In this document: positions 25,730 through 31,161 of the stretch, piece by piece
How the letters are laid out: each line of letters starts with the position of its first letter
Numbering within the stretch: the stretch's first letter is position 1
Virus record (IMG/VR): IMGVR_UViG_3300017647_000011
Span: 1-31,161 of that record
Length of the DNA stretch: 31,161 bases
Direction: 5' to 3' (one strand)
DNA from: a virus
Lineage: Duplodnaviria > Caudoviricetes
The notes under the pieces: generated by a model
Seen by the model: the letters and a program-made list of their open reading frames with translations, nothing else
Database searches by the model: none
Told to the model about the DNA's origin: nothing
Position numbers and translations under genes: made by a program

Positions 25730-26521
25730 ATGGTCAGCGCAAAGACCGTCGACTTCTCCAACGTCCGAGACGGCGGAGGTCGGTTCAACCGGAACCGCAT
25801 CCCGGCCGGCGACTACCTCGCCAAGGTGATCAAGGTCGAGGACGCCGTCAGCAAGAAGGATGACACGTTCCAGTACCTCTTCAGCATCCAGATCTCGAGT
25901 CACCCCTCGCGCATCTTCCCCTACTACTGCAAGCTGCAGGAGAACCAGCTCTGGAAGCTGCGCAACCTGCTCGTCGCCGCCGGCATGACGGTGCCGAAGA
26001 AGCGCTTCAAGGTCGACCCCAGCAGGATCGTGGGCAAGCTCATTGGCGTCACCATCGAGGACGCGGAGTACGAGGGCAAGGAGCAGTCCGAGGTCTCGGG
26101 GGTCTTCCCGGCAGCCGAGCTCGCCGATGGCAATCTGCAGGCTTCGGATGTCGAGGATGATGACGAGGACGTGGACGGCGAGGCCGCCGACGACCTGGAC
26201 GACCTCGACGACACCAGCTCGGGTGACGACGATGATGAGGAGGAGGAGGCGGAGACCGGCGACGAGTACGACGATATGGATCGTTCGGCTCTGAAGGCGG
26301 CGCTCAAGGCACGCAACCCCGAGTTCGTCGCCAAGAAGTCTCAGTCTGACGATGACCTTCGTGCCATGCTTCGCGACACGCCGGCTCAGGCCGACGACGA
26401 GGAGGAGGAGGCTCCTCCCGCGAAGCCCGCTCGGAAGGCCAAGCCTGCTCGCAAGGCGAAGCCGAAGGTGGACGAGGTCACCGACGACGAGCTGGATGAG
26501 CTCGACATCGACGACATCTGA
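25730..26521 (+). CDS. DUF669-like ssDNA-binding protein with long acidic C-terminal region
   Basis: VDFSNV...IPAGDY.AKV..VE...LWKLRNLL.AAG; follows the Sak4-like gene; GAAAGGA SD. Confidence 0.75.
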   Translation: MVSAKTVDFSNVRDGGGRFNRNRIPAGDYLAKVIKVEDAVSKKDDTFQYLFSIQISSHPSRIFPYYCKLQENQLWKLRNLLVAAGMTVPKKRFKVDPSRIVGKLIGVTIEDAEYEGKEQSEVSGVFPAAELADGNLQASDVEDDDEDVDGEAADDLDDLDDTSSGDDDDEEEEAETGDEYDDMDRSALKAALKARNPEFVAKKSQSDDDLRAMLRDTPAQADDEEEEAPPAKPARKAKPARKAKPKVDEVTDDELDELDIDDI

Positions 26522-26567
26522 GGGGATGACGCTATCCCTCAGTGGATAGCTTACCCGCTCTAGCCTC

Positions 26568-26602
26568 AGGGCCCTCGGTACTTCCCCGGCCGAGGGTTCT
26601 TT
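26568..26602 (+). terminator. Intrinsic terminator
   Basis: AGGGCCCTCGGT / GCCGAGGGTTCT + TT; preceded by hairpin GCTATCC/GGATAGC (26531-26550). Confidence 0.65.
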
Positions 26603-26613
26603 GGCGTGCCGCC

Positions 26614-26642
26614 TTGACACGGGGGTGTGGGGGGCTTAGCAT
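26614..26642 (+). promoter_or_regulatory. Promoter TTGACA-N17-TAGCAT (leaderless)
   Basis: ATG 26649 follows a 6-nt gap after the -10. Confidence 0.75.
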
Positions 26643-26648
26643 TGAGGC

Positions 26649-27002
26649 ATGACCACATACACCAACCCCTACCGCCTCAACGAGACGAACCCCCTCGAGC
26701 TGACCTCCCACACCCACGAGACGGTCGACTTCTCTCTGGGCAACATCGATCTCAGTGACCCTCGACTGGTCTCGATCAACCGCCTCCGCCTGCTCACCGA
26801 GCCCGGCTACCCCAACTACGACATCAGCTACTGCTACGGTACGCTTGACGATGGTACGCACGTCCGGGTCGACCTCGGGGTTAGCCACCTCTCTCGGCGC
26901 AACATCAAGGGCGAGCTGATCCAGCTGGCCAAGGATGCTGGGCGATTCGCCAAGGGGCTCGGACTCCTCGACGAAAGCAACTGGTCGATCCTCCGCGGTT
27001 AA
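26649..27002 (+). CDS. Hypothetical protein, monocistronic
   Basis: Own promoter and terminator; good codon bias. Confidence 0.75.
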   Translation: MTTYTNPYRLNETNPLELTSHTHETVDFSLGNIDLSDPRLVSINRLRLLTEPGYPNYDISYCYGTLDDGTHVRVDLGVSHLSRRNIKGELIQLAKDAGRFAKGLGLLDESNWSILRG

Positions 27003-27015
27003 CCTTCGTCAGTAG

Positions 27016-27047
27016 ATCCTCTCTCTGCTAACGCGGAGAGGGGATTT
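27016..27047 (+). terminator. Intrinsic terminator
   Basis: ATCCTCTCTCTGC-TAAC-GCGGAGAGGGGAT-TT. Confidence 0.75.
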
Positions 27048-27183
27048 GCTATGTGTTTGCTGCGCACGCCGAGCGATGATAGGATCGCTGAGTTAGATGA
27101 TGCAGGTTGCTCCCTAAGCGCCTCACACATGCTGCTAGGGGCGAGGGGGCGACCTGCTCATTACGTCACACAAGGAGAATCCC

Positions 27184-27486
27184 ATGGCTCAACCCGAGGC
27201 TCGTCTTTCCCGGGCTATCATGGCGGCTCTCCGTGCAGAGGGTTGGTTCTGCTTCAAGGTGCACGGGAGCGAGTTCATGATGGCGGGGCTGCCTGACATC
27301 ATCTGCTGCGCCGAGGGCAAGTTCATTGGCTTGGAGACTAAGCTTCCCCACACCAGGGGAAACACGTCGCCCCGGCAGGAACTCGTGCACTCACAGATCA
27401 GGCACGCCGGCGGCGTTGCACAGGTGGTCTGTTCTCCCGACGAGGCAGTAGCTGTAGTAAGAAAGGCCCTCTCTGATGATGCTTGA
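27184..27486 (+). CDS. VRR-NUC domain nuclease (resolvase-like)
   Basis: E..L...I...L...G, KVHG, GLPDII, FIGLETK, SPRQ, AGG motifs; AAGGAG SD. Confidence 0.88.
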   Translation: MAQPEARLSRAIMAALRAEGWFCFKVHGSEFMMAGLPDIICCAEGKFIGLETKLPHTRGNTSPRQELVHSQIRHAGGVAQVVCSPDEAVAVVRKALSDDA

Positions 27487-27727
27487 GATGACTGAGCAGG
27501 AGTACCAGGCGGCCGTCCTGCGGTGGCGCCGGTCTCTGAGCGACGCGGCAGTGCGTGAGCTTGCCAGCGAGTGGAAGAATGGCAGCCGCGAGCCCGCGGC
27601 GATGGACGCGGCAATGGAGGCCATGCATCGTTGGCCGACCGGTCATGTCGCTCGCGCAGTGAAGCGTCAGGGAGCGCAAGGATCGACGCTCAATGATGTG
27701 ATGAGTGATTATGCAGTGACGGCGTGA
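27476..27727 (+). CDS. Hypothetical protein
   Basis: Overlaps VRR-NUC end; GAAAGG upstream. Confidence 0.55.
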   Translation: MMLEMTEQEYQAAVLRWRRSLSDAAVRELASEWKNGSREPAAMDAAMEAMHRWPTGHVARAVKRQGAQGSTLNDVMSDYAVTA

Positions 27728-27813
27728 CAGGCGATTAGGGAGCAATCTAACTGCCTTGACGCATACCTGCACGATCATCGCTCGCTCGCAATCGGGCTCG
27801 ATCATGCGGCGCA

Positions 27814-27865
27814 CACACCAAGTAGCCCCTCACTCCTAACTGGAACTGAGGGGCTGCTCGGTGTG
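27814..27865. terminator. Long hairpin between convergent transcription units
   Basis: CACACCAAGTAGCCCCTCA / TGAGGGGCTGCTCGGTGTG. Confidence 0.7.
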
Positions 27866-27870
27866 GGAGA

Positions 27871-28059
27871 TCAGTCGTCGAGGTAGGGCTCGCTGAGGTT
27901 GACGTACTGGGGGCCTCTGTAGTTGCCTGAGAGGCCGACCACGTGCGTCGCGCCCTGTGCCTTCACTCGCTGCAGGGCGGCGATCAGGGAGTCAACCTCG
28001 ATCTTCGCCTCAGTAGCACTGTACTCGACCTCGCCGGCGTCGATGTATGCGATCCTCAC
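27871..28059 (-). CDS. Hypothetical protein
   Basis: AGGAGG SD, GTGA coupling. Confidence 0.65.
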   Translation of the reverse strand: MRIAYIDAGEVEYSATEAKIEVDSLIAALQRVKAQGATHVVGLSGNYRGPQYVNLSEPYLDD

Positions 28060-28331
28060 TTGTCCTCCTGGTTCATCCGTCGGACCTTTCCGGTCTCGAT
28101 GTCCATCATGTACATGTCGCCGACCTGGGGAAAGCCCATCCGCTCGTACCGCCGGCGGAGGAACTCACGCATCGGGATCATGATCAACGCGTCATCCGGG
28201 GCGTGCAGCTCCTCCTTGCACTCGGGGCAGTCGATGGTCACGTGCATGAGATCGACGGGGGTGTTCACTGATGGGTGCTTGAACTCGAAGCTCTCGTTGC
28301 ACGAGGAGCAGATGACGGTGATCGGTTGCAT
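28056..28331 (-). CDS. Zinc-ribbon protein (CxxC...CxxC)
   Basis: CSSC and CPEC; AAGGAG SD; TAATG coupling. Confidence 0.7.
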   Translation of the reverse strand: MQPITVICSSCNESFEFKHPSVNTPVDLMHVTIDCPECKEELHAPDDALIMIPMREFLRRRYERMGFPQVGDMYMMDIETGKVRRMNQEDK

Positions 28332-28621
28332 TAGTTCTCCTTGGTCGCCTCTTCAAGCTTCGCCTGGCACCAACCGCAGAGGCCGGTAACCTGGAACTCC
28401 TGGTTTTGCTTGTGGCTGTCGATGTGCCCCCGCATCAGCGCCCCGTAGGCGGTGAAGAAGGGGAACGTAAAGTACTGGCACCACTTGCATCGGTACTCAT
28501 CCAGCTTACTATTCTGCTGGTAGTGAGCCTGGAGCTCAGCGGCGTAGTTCCAAGCACCCATGGGAATGTTCGGCAGGGGCTGCTCGTTGGTGATGAGGGG
28601 GTTCGTCGGGTCGAAGTGCAT
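28331..28621 (-). CDS. Hypothetical Zn-binding protein
   Basis: CKWC...H...H...CGWC; GGGAG SD. Confidence 0.65.
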   Translation of the reverse strand: MHFDPTNPLITNEQPLPNIPMGAWNYAAELQAHYQQNSKLDEYRCKWCQYFTFPFFTAYGALMRGHIDSHKQNQEFQVTGLCGWCQAKLEEATKEN

Positions 28622-28645
28622 GCTCTATCTCCCTAGGATACAGCG

Positions 28646-28680
28646 TGGGGCCGAACCGTTATTTGCGTGGTTCGGCCCCA
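28646..28680 (-). terminator. Hairpin directly after the 210-aa gene
   Basis: Perfect 12-bp stem TGGGGCCGAACC/GGTTCGGCCCCA. Confidence 0.65.
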
Positions 28681-28688
28681 GTAGATGA

Positions 28689-29321
28689 TCAGCTGTCGAG
28701 CTCGAGATCGTCGTCGTCCAGCTCGATGTCCTCGATGTCATCGAGCTCGTCCTCGTCGGGCTCCTCGTCGTCGAGCTCGAGCTCCTCGACCTCCACCTCT
28801 TCGACCTGAGCCTGTCGCTCACGAGCGGCGTCCTTGGTCTTGGTGCGACCGGTGCCCGGCGTACGGGTTCGCTTGGTCGAGTTCCAGGCATCGAACTCGG
28901 CCTTGATCTTCTCGAAGTCCGAGGCGTTGAACTCGTAGCGACCGCCCTGGCCGACGGGCTCAACCGTCGAAGCCTTGGAGCGGAAGAACTTCCGCAGGTT
29001 CTTTGCGTCGGTGCCCAGTCGGGTGGCGACCTGCTTGGCGGTGAGGGTATCGACCGGCTCGCTGTCGTCCTCCTCGTCGTCCACCTCGTCGTCCACCTCG
29101 TCATCCTGGGCCCGCTCGATGGCGTCGGCGACCTCATCGAGCGTCATGTCGTCGACCTCGTCGTCCTCCTCGTCCTGAGCTTCGCCGGCCCGCTCGGTCT
29201 CGAGCTCGACCGCCAGGTCATAGAGCTCCTGCTTGCGGAGACCCTTGAGGTCGTCGACCTCGTAGTCGTCGGCGAGGAACTCCTTGAGCTGGGCGATGGT
29301 CATGTTCTTCAGGGCAGTCAT
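28689..29321 (-). CDS. Highly acidic protein with Rho-N-like N-terminus and HTH core
   Basis: LKNMTIAQLKE...GLRKQELYD; LTAKQVATRLGTDAKNLRKFFR...GQGGRYEF; AAGGAG SD. Confidence 0.75.
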   Translation of the reverse strand: MTALKNMTIAQLKEFLADDYEVDDLKGLRKQELYDLAVELETERAGEAQDEEDDEVDDMTLDEVADAIERAQDDEVDDEVDDEEDDSEPVDTLTAKQVATRLGTDAKNLRKFFRSKASTVEPVGQGGRYEFNASDFEKIKAEFDAWNSTKRTRTPGTGRTKTKDAARERQAQVEEVEVEELELDDEEPDEDELDDIEDIELDDDDLELDS

Positions 29322-29374
29322 TGTGGCAACTCCTTGTTGGGGGTATCGCCCTCGGTGATGTTGGCGATGGCATA

Positions 29375-29403
29375 ATGCTATGGGCGATGTGCCACCAGAT
29401 CAA
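29375..29403 (-). promoter_or_regulatory. Promoter TTGATC-N17-TAGCAT
   Basis: Direct match with GCC extension, upstream of the 29321 gene. Confidence 0.6.
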
Positions 29404-29435
29404 GGCAAGGAACCAACAAGTTCGTGTTAACTGGA

Positions 29436-29633
29436 TCACACCATCCCTGAGGCCGAGATCACCTGGTGGGTCATAATCCATGCGTCCTGGTGCTGATGTT
29501 CCTCGCACCAACTAACTCCCCAGTGAACCTTGCAGATACACCTAGGGGTGAAGTCGTGGTCGAACTCGTCATGGATCGGCACAACGTGTATCTCAGTCTC
29601 AGATACATGAATGACCGCCCAGGCCTCATCCAT
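29436..29633 (-). CDS. Small His/Cys-rich protein
   Basis: HVVP..D..DH.....C.C...H pattern. Confidence 0.6.
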   Translation of the reverse strand: MDEAWAVIHVSETEIHVVPIHDEFDHDFTPRCICKVHWGVSWCEEHQHQDAWIMTHQVISASGMV

Positions 29634-29669
29634 GACTAACTCTCTTGTCCCAGAGGGTGCGAGGTGTGG

Positions 29670-30200
29670 TCATGCAGCCCGCCTCAGGTTCACGAGGCGC
29701 TCGCTCACCCCGCAAATGGTGCATCGGAGCAGTGTCGGATCGATCATCACCCCGCCGAGCTTCTTGCTCGTCAGCATCTGGTGAGTATCGAAGAGTCGAA
29801 AGATCGTGGGCCGCCGGCAATAGGGGCACCAGTGATGAGGCTCGATCTCATCCATCGGAATGGTCGGCTTCCACACCACCTGTCGGGTGATGGGGATCTT
29901 CTTGCCCGACTCGGTGGTGTGGAACTTGCCCTTGATCTTCACCGTCTTGAGCGGCGGCTCGAAGTCGAAGCCCGGGCACCCAAGCGCTGCGTCCTGGAGC
30001 GTCGGCAACAGCTTCTTCAGCACGGCGAATGCTTCCTGGTATGTGGAGAACCGCTTCATCGCCCACCTGTTCGACCCCCTCTTCAGCACCAGCAGGCGCC
30101 AGGGCTTGTTCTCGGGTCGGTAGTGCGCGGGCAGCTTCGGGACCTTGCAGAAAAACTTACGGTAGGTGGGGTCCTTGAGCAGTTCGTGGATCGTGATCAT
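29670..30200 (-). CDS. Basic hypothetical protein with CxxC...CxxC
   Basis: WCPYCRRPT...RCTICG; ATG at 30200 after AGGAAG; track start (30272) lies inside the promoter. Confidence 0.75.
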   Translation of the reverse strand: MITIHELLKDPTYRKFFCKVPKLPAHYRPENKPWRLLVLKRGSNRWAMKRFSTYQEAFAVLKKLLPTLQDAALGCPGFDFEPPLKTVKIKGKFHTTESGKKIPITRQVVWKPTIPMDEIEPHHWCPYCRRPTIFRLFDTHQMLTSKKLGGVMIDPTLLRCTICGVSERLVNLRRAA

Positions 30201-30262
30201 CGGTTCTTCCTGTAGTCGGGGGGCTGATCGAGCAATGTCGGTGATGCCTTGGTCGTGCAGAT

Positions 30263-30291
30263 ATCTTACCACCCTGGTTGTGAGTCGTCAA
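30263..30291 (-). promoter_or_regulatory. Promoter TTGACG-N17-TAAGAT
   Basis: Direct match with GCC extension. Confidence 0.7.
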
Positions 30292-30302
30292 GGCGAGCCA
30301 AC

Positions 30303-30332
30303 TTGACAGCTTGGATATCCGCGTTATATCGT
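30303..30332 (+). promoter_or_regulatory. Promoter TTGACA-N18-TATCGT (divergent partner)
   Basis: Direct match upstream of the primase unit. Confidence 0.55.
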
Positions 30333-30393
30333 TATTTCGTTCGTCTGCTCAAAGACGAAAAGCCCATGTACTCAAACATACGGGGAGCAAGTC

Positions 30394-30630
30394 TTGTCGA
30401 AGAACCAAGTCACGAACAGCGTGAGATATCGCCTAGGATATGAGCAGGGCTTTGCCGATGCGAAGAAGGTGGTACTCGACGAGCTAGAGAGTATCGTGGT
30501 CAACGACCGTTCACTGAAGCGCGGCTCTCCTCAGTACAATTACACGCTCGAGCTGACACGCAAGCTCGCGGCGAACATGCGCGAGGCACAGCCGGAGTAT
30601 GTTACGGGGAAGCTCCCGAATGCCCAGTAA
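30394..30630 (+). CDS. Hypothetical protein
   Basis: GGGGAG SD, TTG start; overlaps primase start. Confidence 0.6.
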   Translation: MSKNQVTNSVRYRLGYEQGFADAKKVVLDELESIVVNDRSLKRGSPQYNYTLELTRKLAANMREAQPEYVTGKLPNAQ

Positions 30631-31161
30631 GGCAGAGGTCGAGAAGTACCTCCGTATTATCTCGATGGCATGGGGTCGTAAGCAGCGGGGGTACGTGTTC
30701 TTCCCTTGGATCGACCGCGACGCTCAAGTTAAGACTGGGTCACGGAGGGCAGGGTTCAATGAGGGACCCGCGTTCAAGTGGCCGCAGGAGCGAGAGAAGA
30801 TCATCGACCACATGCTCGCGCATGTCAACCATGATCTCTACTGGTCGACCTCGATGTTCGAGTATCCTATGCGCCGCGAAGATGTGGCGATGGATGAACA
30901 CGCCCTCTGGGCAGATCTCGATGCAGTCGATCCCAGCACGCTCGATGAGTACCCGCCAACTGTCGCGTGGGAGTCATCCCCAGGTCGCTATCAGGCTCTC
31001 TGGGTAGCATCTGCAGGCGATTTCCAGGGAGCTAGCTGGCCGGGCAATGAGAATCAGCGGATGACCTACTACATCGGGGCGGATGCCTCGGGGTGGGATA
31101 CGGTTCAGCTGCTGAGGGTGCCAGGCTGGGCGAACCACAAGCCGGAATACAAGCGACCCGA
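30620..31161 (+). CDS. RepB-type (AEP) DNA primase, 3' truncated; not in ORF track
   Basis: Hand translation MPSKAEVEKY...LWADLD...PPTVAWESSPGRYQALW...GADASGWD...LLRVPGWANHKP. Confidence 0.88.
   Translation, partial: MPSKAEVEKYLRIISMAWGRKQRGYVFFPWIDRDAQVKTGSRRAGFNEGPAFKWPQEREKIIDHMLAHVNHDLYWSTSMFEYPMRREDVAMDEHALWADLDAVDPSTLDEYPPTVAWESSPGRYQALWVASAGDFQGASWPGNENQRMTYYIGADASGWDTVQLLRVPGWANHKPEYKRP

Larger units (their letters stand above)
27107..27745. repeat. Inverted copies of a 17-bp dispersed motif flanking the VRR-NUC unit
   Basis: TTGCTCCCTAAGCGCCT (27107-27123) vs AGGCGATTAGGGAGCAA (27729-27745), one mismatch; related copies at 1841, 6512, 13264. Confidence 0.65.

Noticed and set aside
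28690-29230. Dense CTCGAG/TCGA/GTCGTC repeats as a DNA-level signal or proof of restriction immunity
   Set aside because: Explained by Asp/Glu/Leu codons in acidic proteins; would need a codon-aware count

Overview
A 31 kb internal segment of a high-GC tailed (siphovirus-type) phage genome, most likely an actinobacteriophage; no integrase or repressor is seen in the window. 1-13136 (+) is the neck/tail operon: head-tail connectors, major tail protein with a C-terminal Ig-like domain, tail assembly chaperones, tape measure, three minor tail proteins and a holin-like membrane cassette with no adjacent endolysin. A ~500-bp ORF-poor, strongly base-paired region (13190-13684) follows. 14291-27727 (+) holds replication and nucleotide genes: SNF2-like helicase, NMP kinase, all-alpha dUTPase/dCTPase, TWO thymidylate-synthase-fold genes, dCMP deaminase, family-A polymerase with an N-terminal UDG-like domain, Cas4-like nuclease, Sak4-like AAA ATPase, SSB-like protein and VRR-NUC. 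A minus-strand block of small genes (27871-30200) and a truncated RepB-type primase end the window. Best leads: (i) a T4-like cytosine-replacement gene set whose TS homolog has Asp at the Asn177 specificity position, with a second very divergent TS-fold paralog; (ii) a candidate ~450-nt structured ncRNA behind an acidic HTH gene; (iii) a dispersed GGCG(A/C/T)TTAGGG motif; (iv) a +1 (UUU_CGU) tail-chaperone frameshift. All calls come from reading motifs by eye; no searches or folding programs were run.
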